From a bacterium (GTDB lineage Bacteria; UBA8248), in NCBI GenBank assembly GCA_965261085.1, contig OZ253442.1:3200001-3264000 (forward strand): a stretch of DNA of 64,000 nt, in the 5' to 3' direction. This document shows positions 29,146-39,772 of the stretch, one piece after another. Both the position numbers and the translations under genes were made by a program. The notes under the pieces were generated by a model that was given only the letters and a program-made list of their open reading frames with translations, ran no database searches and was not told the DNA's origin. Positions within the stretch are counted from its first letter, which is position 1. Every line of letters starts with the position of its first letter.

Positions 29146-30429
29146 ATGTCCAAGATCACGAGACGCGAGTTCCTGAAGTATTCGACCGCTGGTTCGTTGG
29201 CCGGCCTCGGCTCCCTGGCGGCGCCGGGAATCCTGACGTCGGCACGCGCCGCGTCCAAGCCCATTCGGATCGGCTGCCCGATGCCGCTCACCGGGCGGTA
29301 TTCCCGCGAGGCGCTGTACTGCGTCGAGGGCTACAAACTTTGGGCCAAGCACATCAACGAGAAGGGGTATAGCTACGGCAACGAGGGGCTTCCGCACCGC
29401 GAGCCCGGGCTCATCGGCGGGCGCAAGGTCGAGTTGACCATTCTCGACGATACGAGCGACCCCACCCAGGGCGCGCGGCTCATGCTTCATCTCATCCACA
29501 ACCAGAAGATCGACCTGCTGCTCGGTCCCTACGCCAGCTCCATCAACCTGGCGGTGCGGCCCATCATCGCCGCGGCGAAGATTCCTACTGTCAGCGCCAC
29601 CGCCTCCAGCCAGAAGATCTGGCTGGGCCAGAAGCTCAACTGGCAGGTGCAGCTCATGGTCCCGAGCCGCGACCGCTTCGCCGGCATGGAAGTGATGTGC
29701 AAGAACGCCGGGATGAAGAAGGTCGCCCTGTTGCACATCGACGACGCGATGCCGATCGCCGCGGCGGAGGGCGTGCGCAAGCGGATCCTGGCCGCGGGCC
29801 TCGACCTCGTCCTCGACGAGGCCTATCCCATCGGGATTCAGGACATGGTTCCGCTGGTCCGCAAGGCCCGGGACGCCGGCGCCGAGGTGCTCTGCGGCGG
29901 CGGCTACTCGGCCGACTCCATCCTGATCGCCAAGGCCGCCCTTTCGTTGAGATGGGCGCCCAAGGCGATCTGGTACATGTCCGCTCTCGGCCACGTGGAT
30001 TTCAATCAGGCGCTCGGGAAGAACGCGGCCTGGCATTGCAGCGACACCGAATGGCTCCCGACGGCCAACTGGCCCGGCAACAAGAAGTTCGTCGACGCCT
30101 TTAGCCGGGAGTACCGCAAGGCGCCCGACTGGCTCGCGGCGGCCGGATACGGCGGCTGTCAGATTCTCGAGGAGGCGGTCAAACGGGCCGGCTCGGTGGA
30201 GAATCGGGCGGCGATCCGCGACGTCATGTTCTCGCTCGACCGCGCCACCGTGTTCGGACGCTTCAGGGTGAACCCGTTGGGCCATCCCGACTCTGGGCTG
30301 CAGGTCGGCGGCACACGACTCGCTTTGCAGAACCAGCTCAAGAACGGCAAGGTGATGCCGGAGGTGATCTTCCCGAGCAAGATCGCCACCGCCAAGTTCG
30401 TGCACCCGTTCAAGTGGGAAGCCATGTAG
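29146..30429 (+). CDS. branched-chain amino acid-type ABC substrate-binding protein, Tat signal
   Basis: MSKITRREFLK Tat motif; IRIG.PMPLTG, DDTSDP, LLLGPYAS. Confidence 0.92.
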   Translation: MSKITRREFLKYSTAGSLAGLGSLAAPGILTSARAASKPIRIGCPMPLTGRYSREALYCVEGYKLWAKHINEKGYSYGNEGLPHREPGLIGGRKVELTILDDTSDPTQGARLMLHLIHNQKIDLLLGPYASSINLAVRPIIAAAKIPTVSATASSQKIWLGQKLNWQVQLMVPSRDRFAGMEVMCKNAGMKKVALLHIDDAMPIAAAEGVRKRILAAGLDLVLDEAYPIGIQDMVPLVRKARDAGAEVLCGGGYSADSILIAKAALSLRWAPKAIWYMSALGHVDFNQALGKNAAWHCSDTEWLPTANWPGNKKFVDAFSREYRKAPDWLAAAGYGGCQILEEAVKRAGSVENRAAIRDVMFSLDRATVFGRFRVNPLGHPDSGLQVGGTRLALQNQLKNGKVMPEVIFPSKIATAKFVHPFKWEAM

Positions 30430-30549
30430 GCGCAAGCGCCCCCCGGCGGAACCGTTGCATGCCGGAGGGAGTCCGCCTCGATTCGGGCTCCCGGCGGCTG
30501 CGCCGAGTCGCCGGCTTCGGCCAACCACCCATCGTTTGGGAAACCCGGC

Positions 30550-31425
30550 ATGATCGAAACACTCGGTACCTTCGGCGAGTTGATCGCGTTCGGGATCATC
30601 CTGGGGACGATGTACGCCCTGGTGGCCATCGGTCTGAGCCTGATCTTCGGCGTCTGCGGGGTCGTCAACGCGGCCCACGGCGACTTCGTGATGCTCGGCG
30701 CCTTCACCACCTTCGGCGCCTGGGCTTTCCTCGGACTGAACCCGCTGGTGGCGCTGCCCCTCAGCATGGCGGTGCTCTTCGCCGTCGGCTTCGGGCTGGG
30801 GCGTTTCCTGATCAACGTCGTCGCCGTCCGCGGGCTGATGCCGCCGATGATGCTGACCTTCGGGATCTCCATGATCCTGTGGAACACGGCGGAGGTGATC
30901 TTCACGCCGACCTTTCGCTCGGTCGACTATCTAGGCGAGCCGGTCACGCTCGGATTTCTCACCACCAGCAAGGCATATCTCGTCGCCTTCGCGCTGGCGC
31001 TGCTTCTGCTCGCCGCTTTCTTCGCCCTCCTCCGGTTCACGGCATACGGCGAGGCCATCCGCGCCACCGCGCAGAACCGGAATCTGGCGCAAGCCTGCGG
31101 AATCGACGTCAAACACGTCATGGCGGTGACCTTCGGCCTCGGCATCGCGCTCGCGGGCGCCTGCGGGACCATGGTGGCGATGGTATGGACGATATACCCG
31201 CAAATGGGGTTGATCTACGTAGCCAAGGCCTTCGCCATCGTCGTCATCGGCGGACTCGGGAGTCTGCCAGGCGCGTTTCTGGGGGCCTACATCTTCGGCA
31301 TCGTAGAGAGCGTCGGCACCTATTACCTGACGACGCGCATGGCGCAGGTGCTGCCTTTCCTGATCATCGTGCTGATTCTGGCCGTCCGGCGACGAGGTTT
31401 ACTCGGCCACGCGGTGGAGGATTGA
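30550..31425 (+). CDS. livH: LivH-like ABC permease
   Basis: YALVAIGLSLIFG..VVNAAHG, IGGLGSLPGA. Confidence 0.92.
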   Translation: MIETLGTFGELIAFGIILGTMYALVAIGLSLIFGVCGVVNAAHGDFVMLGAFTTFGAWAFLGLNPLVALPLSMAVLFAVGFGLGRFLINVVAVRGLMPPMMLTFGISMILWNTAEVIFTPTFRSVDYLGEPVTLGFLTTSKAYLVAFALALLLLAAFFALLRFTAYGEAIRATAQNRNLAQACGIDVKHVMAVTFGLGIALAGACGTMVAMVWTIYPQMGLIYVAKAFAIVVIGGLGSLPGAFLGAYIFGIVESVGTYYLTTRMAQVLPFLIIVLILAVRRRGLLGHAVED

Positions 31426-31432
31426 TTCGGCT

Positions 31433-32380
31433 ATGACCTGGAGACGCGCGGTTCCCGTCGTCGGCGCCGTGGGCCTGATCGCCTACGCGGTCCTCGCGGG
31501 TACTGCGCCGCTCTATCTGGGCCCGGCGGCGCTCTCCCTGCTGTTCCTGACCCTCTACTACATCTGCCTCGCCGGCGCCTGGAACTTCTTCTCCGGCTTT
31601 TCCGGCTATATCAATTTCGGCTTCGTCCTGTTCGTCGGGCTCGGCATGTACGCCTCGGTGATCGGCTTCGTCGATTTCAAAATGGGACTGATCCCGGGCT
31701 ACCTGACGGGCGGGCTCGCCGCCGCCCTCGTCGCGGCGGTGATAGGCTATCCGCTGCTGCGCATTCGCGGGGCCTATTTCGCGATCTCCATGCTGGCCCT
31801 GGCCGAGGGAGCCCGGGTGCTCATATCCACCAAATACCTGACGCCGTTTACGCGCGGCGGCGCCGGCATGCCCGTCCTCGCGGGAAACCTGACCCAGAAG
31901 TACTACGCCATCTTCCTGCTCGCGGTCTGCATCGTGCTGGCGACCATGTTCTTTGCCCGCTCGTACTTCGGCCTGTTGCTTATCGCCGTACGGGAAGACG
32001 AGGCAGCGGCGGGCGGGCTCGGGGTCAATACCACCGCCCTGAAGGTCAGCGCGTTCGTCGTCAGCGCCTTCTTCGCCGGAACGGCGGGCGGCATCCATGC
32101 CACTTTTCTGCACTACATCGAACCGTTCGCGGCTTTCGATATCAAGTACACCATGCTGTCCATCGTGATGGCCATGTTCGGTGGGCTGGGAACCGTCCTC
32201 GGTGCGGTGATCGGCGCCGTCACGCTCCAGCTCATCAGCGACTTCGTCTGGCTGCACCTCGGCCAGGCCAACATCACCGTCTTCGGTCTCGTTCTGGTCT
32301 GCCTGGTCATCTGGATGCCCGACGGCGTCGTGGTCCGCCTCAAGGAGATGGGGATTCTGCCGAAATCGAGGTGGATCTGA
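31433..32380 (+). CDS. livM: LivM-like ABC permease
   Basis: GYINFG, LRIRGAYFAI, AVREDEAAA, GGLGTVLG. Confidence 0.92.
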   Translation: MTWRRAVPVVGAVGLIAYAVLAGTAPLYLGPAALSLLFLTLYYICLAGAWNFFSGFSGYINFGFVLFVGLGMYASVIGFVDFKMGLIPGYLTGGLAAALVAAVIGYPLLRIRGAYFAISMLALAEGARVLISTKYLTPFTRGGAGMPVLAGNLTQKYYAIFLLAVCIVLATMFFARSYFGLLLIAVREDEAAAGGLGVNTTALKVSAFVVSAFFAGTAGGIHATFLHYIEPFAAFDIKYTMLSIVMAMFGGLGTVLGAVIGAVTLQLISDFVWLHLGQANITVFGLVLVCLVIWMPDGVVVRLKEMGILPKSRWI

Positions 32381-32441
32381 CGATGGAGGCGAAAACCCGT
32401 CGCGCCGCGGGACACCGCTTGAGTCCACCTGGGAGAGGAGC

Positions 32442-33149
32442 ATGACCGTCGATAGGCCGATCCTGGATATCCAGGACGTCCGGAAAAGCTTCGGGGGCGT
32501 TCATGCGCTCGCCGGGTGCGGCTTTTCCGTCGGAGAGGGCGAGATCGTCGGCCTGATCGGCCCCAACGGCTCCGGCAAGACGACCTTGTTCAATACCATC
32601 GTGGGATATCTGCCGCTGGACGGCGGGCGCATCCTCTATCGCGGAGAGAACGTGACGGGTCTGCCGCCCTACCAGATCGCCCGGAAGGGCATTGGCCGCA
32701 CCTTCCAGGTGACGCGCATTTTCCCCAAGATGACTCTGATGGAGAACGTCACCTTGCCGACGCGAAACGTCGCCGCGGGCGACAGGGCCCATGAACTTCT
32801 CGAGCTCGTCGGCCTGACCGACCTGCGGGACGAATACGCGAGCGACCTCTCCTTCGGCCAGCAACGCCTGCTCTCTATCATCCAGGTTCTGATGCTCGAT
32901 CCGGGGTTGATCCTGCTCGACGAGCCGGCCGCCGGCGTCAGTCCCGTTATGCAGAAGAAATTGCTGGAGTTGATCCATTATCTGAATGAGGAAGGCAGGA
33001 CCTTTCTGATCATCGAGCACAACATGGACGTGGTCATGAACAACTGCGAACGCGTCGTCGTCCTGAGCATGGGTGAGAAGATCGCCGAAGGATCGCCGGA
33101 AGAAGTCCGGCGGGACGAGGCGGTCCTCACCGCCTATTTCGGGGCTTGA
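32442..33149 (+). CDS. livG: LivG-like ABC ATP-binding protein
   Basis: FGGVHAL, GPNGSGKTT, GIGRTFQ, LLDEPAAG. Confidence 0.93.
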   Translation: MTVDRPILDIQDVRKSFGGVHALAGCGFSVGEGEIVGLIGPNGSGKTTLFNTIVGYLPLDGGRILYRGENVTGLPPYQIARKGIGRTFQVTRIFPKMTLMENVTLPTRNVAAGDRAHELLELVGLTDLRDEYASDLSFGQQRLLSIIQVLMLDPGLILLDEPAAGVSPVMQKKLLELIHYLNEEGRTFLIIEHNMDVVMNNCERVVVLSMGEKIAEGSPEEVRRDEAVLTAYFGA

Positions 33150-33152
33150 GCC

Positions 33153-33872
33153 ATGGCCGGGGATACGCTGCTGAAGGTCGAGGGAATCGTCTCCGGCTAC
33201 GGCAAGAAGGAAATCCTGCACGGCGTCTCGCTCGAGGTCGGCCGCGGCGAGACGATCGCCCTCATCGGGCCGAACGGCGCCGGCAAGTCGACCGTGCTGC
33301 TGACCATCCTGGGATATCTGAAGCCGACGGAGGGAAAGGTCGTCCTCGAGGGAGATGACATCACCGGGATCGAGCCACACCTGATCATCCGGCACGGGGT
33401 CGCGTATTGCCCCCAGGGTAGCAACATCTTCCCCCAGATGACGGTGAGCGAGCACCTCAACCTAGGCGCCTGGACGGTGGCCGACGCCGAGGAGCGGCGC
33501 CGCTCGCGCGAAGGGGTATTCGGCCTGTTCCCCATCCTGAAGGAGAAGGAGCGCAGCAAGGCCCGAACCCTCAGCGGCGGCCAGCGGCAAATGCTCAGCT
33601 TCGGGATGGCCATGGTTACCAGACCGACCCTCATCCTGCTCGACGAGCCGACGATCGGGCTGGCGCCCACGGTGATGGAAACCATCTTCGAGAGCATCGA
33701 GCGGATTCACCGCGACGGTGTATCGATCCTGGTCGTGGAGCAGAACTCGGCCAAGGCCCTGGAAAATTCCGACCGGGGATACGTGCTGGATATGGGTCGG
33801 AATCGTCGCGAGGGAGACTCGGCGGAGCTTCTGCTTGACCCGAAAATCCGACAGATGTATCTTGGCATGTAG
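33153..33872 (+). CDS. livF: LivF-like ABC ATP-binding protein
   Basis: GPNGAGKST, LSGGQRQM, LLDEPTIGLAP, VVEQN. Confidence 0.93.
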   Translation: MAGDTLLKVEGIVSGYGKKEILHGVSLEVGRGETIALIGPNGAGKSTVLLTILGYLKPTEGKVVLEGDDITGIEPHLIIRHGVAYCPQGSNIFPQMTVSEHLNLGAWTVADAEERRRSREGVFGLFPILKEKERSKARTLSGGQRQMLSFGMAMVTRPTLILLDEPTIGLAPTVMETIFESIERIHRDGVSILVVEQNSAKALENSDRGYVLDMGRNRREGDSAELLLDPKIRQMYLGM

Positions 33873-33951
33873 TCACCGGGATGCCCGCCACGAGAGTCCG
33901 AGGCGCCCTTGAAACCGCGCATCGCGCACACCGAAGAGGGAGGGACGAACG

Positions 33952-35274
33952 ATGAGCATGGTCGAAGACGCAATGGCATTCGTCGACGAGGACGCTATCG
34001 CCCAGTTGACGATGGAGATGGTCGACATCCCGAGCCCCCAGGGCGGCGAGAAGGCGCTCGCCGAATATCTCGCCGACCGCTTCCGGGCGGCGGGCCTTGT
34101 GACCTGGATGCAGGAGGTCGAGCAGGATCGATATAACGTCTTCGGCCGGATCGAGGGCACGGGCGACGGCCCTACCCTGATGTACTGCGGCCATCTGGAC
34201 ACGACCTACGGCGGCGACGAGGAGGGCATCCGCGATCTCGGGCCGGGATATCAGCCGAAATCCTGGCGCGAGGACGAGTGGGTCTACGGCATGGGCACCT
34301 ACAACATGAAGAGCGGTCACGCGTCGGCCATCCTCGCCGTGGAGGCCATGGCCCGGTCCAAGGCGAAGCTGCGCGGCAACCTGATGATCGCCGGCGTCGT
34401 CGGCGAGACTTGCCACACGCCGGTGGGGCGTTACCAGGGCGCCCGCTATCGGGGCTGTGGAATCGGCGCCCGCTTCATGGTCAACAACGGCATCACCGCC
34501 GACATGGTGGTCATACCCGAGCCGACATCCAACCGGATTTCGGTGGCCACGGGCGGATACGTGTTCTTAGAACTCATGACCCGGGGCAACCCTGCCGCCA
34601 CCTACAGCCGCGGCGGCTCCACGGTGCAGATCAAGCCCGGCGAAGACGCCATCGAGAAGATGCTGAACGCCATACCCGCCCTCAAAAGCTGGGGCGAGGA
34701 CTACCTGAGCAGGACCCGCTACAAGGGGGAGCAGGCCGGAAACGTCAACATCATCGCCATCGAAGGGGGGCATCCGTTTCGGGCGAGCAAGCTGCCGTGC
34801 TTCTGCCGACTCTATCTGGAAGTCGGGACCATGCCGGGCCAGCTGCACGGCGATGTCATCGCCGAAGTGGACCAGATAGTCCGGCAGCTGCGGGAGCGGG
34901 ACCCCGCCATCGAAATCGAGCTGCAGGTCCTCCAGACGGCGTACGCGGCCGAAATATCGCCCGAGGAATACGTCGTGCGCAGCATCTCCGCCTCGCACGA
35001 CCTCGTCTGGGGCGAGCGGCCCGAGATCACCTGGGACGGCTGGTACGCCGACACCGCACCGCTGACCCGCGCCGGAATTCCGGCGATCTGCTACGGCCCC
35101 CAGGGCCGCGCCCGCGGCGGCGGCACAGGCTACTACCCGAAGGAGGGAGAGCACGCATCGGTCCAGGATCTCACCAAAGGCACCAGCGTGTTCGTCCACG
35201 CCGCCCATGACATCTGCATGAAGGATCGCCTCGAGATACGCAAGCCGGATGTCGCAGGGACAATCGTGCGCTGA
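33952..35274 (+). CDS. M20-fold protein with atypical metal ligands
   Basis: IPSPQGGE, GHLDT, YGMGTYNMKSG, VGET, PEP, GIPAICYGP. Confidence 0.85.
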   Translation: MSMVEDAMAFVDEDAIAQLTMEMVDIPSPQGGEKALAEYLADRFRAAGLVTWMQEVEQDRYNVFGRIEGTGDGPTLMYCGHLDTTYGGDEEGIRDLGPGYQPKSWREDEWVYGMGTYNMKSGHASAILAVEAMARSKAKLRGNLMIAGVVGETCHTPVGRYQGARYRGCGIGARFMVNNGITADMVVIPEPTSNRISVATGGYVFLELMTRGNPAATYSRGGSTVQIKPGEDAIEKMLNAIPALKSWGEDYLSRTRYKGEQAGNVNIIAIEGGHPFRASKLPCFCRLYLEVGTMPGQLHGDVIAEVDQIVRQLRERDPAIEIELQVLQTAYAAEISPEEYVVRSISASHDLVWGERPEITWDGWYADTAPLTRAGIPAICYGPQGRARGGGTGYYPKEGEHASVQDLTKGTSVFVHAAHDICMKDRLEIRKPDVAGTIVR

Positions 35275-35718
35275 CGCGTCCCCGCAAGAAGCGGGAGCCG
35301 CCCCTCCCATCTAAGAGCGGAACAAGCCGGGCGCCCCCGGGAAAATCTGCGAACCGGGGCAACTTTACTCGGAATTCGACTTTCTGGGCATACCGCCTCG
35401 ACCATGGCGGCGGAATGCCGCTTGCCTTTGATGCTAGCGCCGTGAAGGCCCGCGCTTCAATGCATTTACCGACAGGGACGTTCGGGCCGCCGGAGGGCAA
35501 CCCCAGGCAAAACCCGAAAATCGCCGGCCAAAGGCGCCGTTAACCCCTCCGGCAAAAAAACCGCAACCAATCAAGTTTCTAAATTTAGTACACCAGACCG
35601 GGCAAAAAGAGTTCCCGATTATAAACGGAAAATCCCAGCCGCCAAACCAAACATCGAAACCGCCCGAGGGGATATCATACAGCCGCCCGCCGAAAGTTTC
35701 CGCCCCCGGTTTTTTCGC

Positions 35719-35830
35719 ACGCCATCGAAGGCGCGCACCGCGGTTTCGCTAAAAATCTTTCCAAACTCCTCATCGGCAAATCCCCATTCCACGAGGGCCG
35801 CGGTGAGGCTCGGCATCACCCGATATGCTC
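35719..35830 (-). pseudogene. membrane (renal) dipeptidase C-terminal remnant
   Basis: MPSLTAALVEWGFADEEFGKIFSETAVRAF resembles the family tail; only about 35 codons remain. Confidence 0.5.
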
Positions 35831-35957
35831 CCCTCGGCCGCCCCTCAGCCCCGAATAGAACGGGCCGGGGAAACATCGCGCCGCCCTTTTCCCTCTCCCG
35901 GCGGGGGTCTTGCCGTTGGACCCAAATGGAAGAGGACAACGGGCCGAATGAAAAACC

Positions 35958-36731
35958 TTACTCCTGCGTGCTCTCGTGCCAGCGGAGAAAGTGGTTGCGG
36001 ACCGCGCCCAGGCCGTAGATGGCGCAAAAACCAATCACCCCGATGAGCGCCATGCCCATGAAAGCGTCCGCGGTCAAGTTGTCTTCCCGCGCCAGCATGA
36101 TCATGAACCCGATTCCCTCCTGCGCCCCCGCCAACTCGGCCGCGATGAGCCCGCGGAAAGCATAGCCGAGTCCGATCCACAGCCCGGTCATAATGTGGGG
36201 CAAGGTGGCGGGCAGCGTGACCCGCCAGAAAAGCTGCCCCCGGCTCGCGCCCAGGGAGCGCGCCGCGCGGATGATGGCGGGGTCGGTCATTCTGACGCCG
36301 TCAAAGGTGCAGATGATGGCGGGAAACAACGCTCCATAGGTGATGATGAAAATCTTGGAACCCTCCCCCATCCGGAACATCAAGATGGCGAGGGGAATCC
36401 ATGCAACCTCGGGTATTTGCCGAAATATGTCCACGAGCGGTTCGAGCGCCTCGCCGATGATTCGGACCTGACCCATGAGCAAACCGATCAAGATGCCCAT
36501 GACGGAGCCCAAAAAGAACCCCTCGGTGATACGAACCACCGAGGCAATGATGTGGTGAAGAAGCTCACCCCCTTCAGCACGCCTGATTCCGGACTGGATG
36601 GCCATCCAGGGAGACGGCAGGATGAGCGAGTCCACCAATTCGAGGGTGACGGAGAGCTGCCAAAGGACGACAAACCCCGTCACCGAGATGGTGGATATTC
36701 CAAAGCGGCCTGACAAGGATTGCGTTTGCAA
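35958..36731 (-). CDS. sulfonate/nitrate-type ABC permease (SsuC/TauC-like)
   Basis: LPSP, RQIPEVAWIPL, AARSLGAS, LIAAEL; TTG start after AGGAG. Confidence 0.9.
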   Translation of the reverse strand: MQTQSLSGRFGISTISVTGFVVLWQLSVTLELVDSLILPSPWMAIQSGIRRAEGGELLHHIIASVVRITEGFFLGSVMGILIGLLMGQVRIIGEALEPLVDIFRQIPEVAWIPLAILMFRMGEGSKIFIITYGALFPAIICTFDGVRMTDPAIIRAARSLGASRGQLFWRVTLPATLPHIMTGLWIGLGYAFRGLIAAELAGAQEGIGFMIMLAREDNLTADAFMGMALIGVIGFCAIYGLGAVRNHFLRWHESTQE

Positions 36732-36739
36732 CGTCTCTC

Positions 36740-37510
36740 CTAGTAGAACGCGCCTTCCCGGCTCTTGGGATGCCAGCGGAGAAACCACCTCTCCGCGATT
36801 TCCACGAGGCGCGTGATGCTAAATCCCAAGGCGCCGATTACGACCATACCCAAGATGACCAAATCCCCGCGGAAATAATTCCGAGCGTCCTGAATCAGAA
36901 ATCCCAGGCCCGATGTAGAACCCACCAACTCCGCCGCAACCAACAAGGCGAAGGAGACCTGAACGCCCAGCCGAAAACCGGTGAAGATGTAAGGGAGGGC
37001 ACCGGGAAGGACCACGCGGAAGAAAATGTCCCGGCGGTTGGCCCCCAGGCTGCGCGCGGCGCGCACCAGAACGGGATCCAGCGAGCGGACCCCCATGAAG
37101 GTATTGGTGACAACGGCGATGAACACTCCCATGGATATGATGAATACTTTGGAGGCGTCTTCGATACCGAACCAGATAAGGGCCACCGGAATCCAGGCCA
37201 GGCCGGGAACGGGCCGGATGATTTCGACCAATGGCCCCACCGCCGCGTGGAAGAACCGGAATTGGCCCATCAGGATTCCGATGATTACGCCGGTAAAAGA
37301 ACCAACGACGAAACCCTTGAACATTCGCCAAAGGCTGACGGCAATGTGCTCTTGCAACTCACCCGCTTGAAAAAGATCAACCGCTCCCTCCCAAACTTCC
37401 TTAGGAGGTGGCAAGAAGAGCGGATTGACCAATTTGTAATTCGTGACCACGAACCAGAGGAGAATCAATCCCCCGATAGAGATGGCGCGCGTCACCATTT
37501 TTCTGTTCAT
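36740..37510 (-). CDS. sulfonate/nitrate-type ABC permease
   Basis: FLPPP, RPVPGLAWIP, AARSLGA, LVAAEL. Confidence 0.92.
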   Translation of the reverse strand: MNRKMVTRAISIGGLILLWFVVTNYKLVNPLFLPPPKEVWEGAVDLFQAGELQEHIAVSLWRMFKGFVVGSFTGVIIGILMGQFRFFHAAVGPLVEIIRPVPGLAWIPVALIWFGIEDASKVFIISMGVFIAVVTNTFMGVRSLDPVLVRAARSLGANRRDIFFRVVLPGALPYIFTGFRLGVQVSFALLVAAELVGSTSGLGFLIQDARNYFRGDLVILGMVVIGALGFSITRLVEIAERWFLRWHPKSREGAFY

Positions 37511-38319
37511 GCACCCTCTCCCAAAGCCGCGGAATCCGAATCCTGTACTTCCAACGACTTCTCCACCTCGACCCGGATGAGGTCGTCCATCATCCGATAC
37601 AGTTCGTTGAATTCGGGAGAAGTCCTCTCCCGGGGACGGGGAAGGTCAACGCCGAGAAGAGCCTTCACCTGGCCCGGGCGGGCCGTCATGACCACCACCC
37701 GGTCGGCCAGAACGATGGCCTCGTCGATGGCGTGGGTCACGAAGAGGACGGTTTTCTTCGTTTCACCGAGAAGCTTCAGGAGCTCTTCCTGCATCACCCG
37801 ACGCGTCTGGGCGTCCAATGCTCCAAAAGGCTCGTCCATCAACAGCACTTCGGGATCGTTCGCCAGCGCCCGGGCGATCCCGACGCGCTGCTTCATTCCG
37901 CCCGAAAGCTCGAAGGGGAATTTGTCCTCAAATCCCGTAAGGTGGATGCGCTGGATGAGCTCCCGTGCGCGGGCGTGCCGTTCGGCTTTTTCCATCCCCT
38001 TCAGGACAGGACCGAATTCGATATTTTCGAGCACCGTCCGCCAGGGGAAAAGGGCGAATTCCTGGAAGACGAAACCCCGGTCGGGTCCCGGCTCGATGAC
38101 CGGACGCCCATCGACGCGGACCTCCCCTCCGGAGGGGGGGAGGAATCCCGCGACGATGTTCAGGAGGGTGGATTTTCCGCATCCGCTGGGACCGAGGATG
38201 CAGATGACTTCGCCTTTTTGGACCTCGAGGTTTATTTCATCCAGCGCCCGCACCGTTGATTTGGTGCGCCGGTCGACGAATTCTTTCGAGACCCGATTTA
38301 CTTGCAGATTAACCATCAT
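37507..38319 (-). CDS. sulfonate/nitrate-type ABC ATP-binding protein
   Basis: GPSGCGKST, LSGGMKQR, MDEPFGALDAQTR. Confidence 0.94.
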   Translation of the reverse strand: MMVNLQVNRVSKEFVDRRTKSTVRALDEINLEVQKGEVICILGPSGCGKSTLLNIVAGFLPPSGGEVRVDGRPVIEPGPDRGFVFQEFALFPWRTVLENIEFGPVLKGMEKAERHARARELIQRIHLTGFEDKFPFELSGGMKQRVGIARALANDPEVLLMDEPFGALDAQTRRVMQEELLKLLGETKKTVLFVTHAIDEAIVLADRVVVMTARPGQVKALLGVDLPRPRERTSPEFNELYRMMDDLIRVEVEKSLEVQDSDSAALGEGA

Positions 38320-38371
38320 ATCGGAAATTCACTATACAGACACCCCAAACCGGTAAAGTGAAACTGTCCTG

Positions 38372-39418
38372 CTAAAGCTTGCAGGCCCCTTCGGTCTTCA
38401 CCAGATCCTTCGCGACCGACTTCAGGAGATCCGTATAGACGAATTCTTTCATGTTCGGCGTTCTTTTGAGCTTCCTGCCGACCCTTTTCATATTAACGGC
38501 CACCGCCTGCTCGGCGTTCACCATTTCATCCGTAATTTCAAGCCTGTAGAAAGTGTTGTCAAGAATGGGTTTCATCGCGGGAGCGGACATCTTATATGCC
38601 TTGCCCAGGATATTGAGAAACTCTGCGCGATTTCCCGAATCGTTCATGAACCGGTAGGACTTCAACATCGCGCGCATATACGCCCTCATGGCGTCCTGCT
38701 TGTTTTTCAGGGCCTCTTTCCGCGCGCTGATGAGGGTGAAGGAAAGATGGATATTGGCGGGCTTCGCCATTCCGCTAAACTTGTTGAGCAACTGGGAATG
38801 AGCAAAATGCGTCGGCCGGACCTGTGCCGCGGTCGTCAGATGCGGATACCAAACCACCCCGCCGTCCACGTCCTTGTTCTTGAAGGCGGCGAGGAGATCG
38901 TTCGGTGCCAGATTCACCACCCGGATCTTTTTGGCGTCCAGGCTGTATTTTTCAAGAAAATTGATCCACAGAATGTGGGCCGCAGATGCAAACCGCAACC
39001 CGATCTTTTTCCCGTAGAAGTCGGTAGGTTTCGTCATGCCCAAGTCCTTGCCGACAAAAATCTCGAGGTAATCCTTGTCCTGCCCGTTCTGGGCGATGAT
39101 GCAGGCGGGCACGTTGGCGGCAGCCAGCGAGACAAATGGCAAATCCCCCGAGTGGCCCAGCTCGACGCCGCCCGCCGCGAGCGCCTCAACCATGGCCGCG
39201 CCGGAGGAGAAGATCTTGTGTTCAATCACAAGGTCCTCTTGCGCGAAGTAGCCCTTATTCTTGGCGACGTGGATGGGCGCCCCGATGTTGCCACCGCCCG
39301 ATCCCACGACTAGTTTGTACTTGGCCGCTTCCGAGACGCCGGCGCCCGAGCCAAAGGCCCAGACCGCCACAACCGCAACGAGCATTAAAAAATTGAATCG
39401 TTTCCACGCGCACTTCAT
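38372..39418 (-). CDS. sulfonate/nitrate-type ABC substrate-binding protein
   Basis: Signal peptide; KGYFAQEDL, FSSGAAMVEAL, GKKIG; AAGGAGG RBS. Confidence 0.88.
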   Translation of the reverse strand: MKCAWKRFNFLMLVAVVAVWAFGSGAGVSEAAKYKLVVGSGGGNIGAPIHVAKNKGYFAQEDLVIEHKIFSSGAAMVEALAAGGVELGHSGDLPFVSLAAANVPACIIAQNGQDKDYLEIFVGKDLGMTKPTDFYGKKIGLRFASAAHILWINFLEKYSLDAKKIRVVNLAPNDLLAAFKNKDVDGGVVWYPHLTTAAQVRPTHFAHSQLLNKFSGMAKPANIHLSFTLISARKEALKNKQDAMRAYMRAMLKSYRFMNDSGNRAEFLNILGKAYKMSAPAMKPILDNTFYRLEITDEMVNAEQAVAVNMKRVGRKLKRTPNMKEFVYTDLLKSVAKDLVKTEGACKL

Positions 39419-39772
39419 ATCGCAAGTCCTCCTTTTCACTACGTTTTGGTGAGTAAAAACCCTCAAGTATGCACTCACTCCCCCACCTGGAGACGGGCTC
39501 AACGCGGACGCGCAACTCCGTTCTCCAGATCCTCAAATATACTTTAGATAATAAGGACATATGAGAGAAGTATTACCTAATTTGTCAATGAAGTGCAAGA
39601 TTGGAAAATTCGTTGGGGCCGGGGTGGTTTTCCCCTCCCGCAGAACGGGGCAAAAACGGTAAGACCAAAAGAAAATTTCATGAGGTATTCTTACGCCCGC
39701 ATGGAGAAACAAGCGGGATCGGGGAGACGGAACACGTACGGCCGAAATGGACCACCAAAATAAATTCTTTGT

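Noticed and set aside
29080-38356. Long opposite-strand ORFs such as 29080..30678 and 36770..38356
   Set aside because: They overlap well-supported ABC genes on the other strand and have low-complexity, Arg/Gly/Ser-rich translations.
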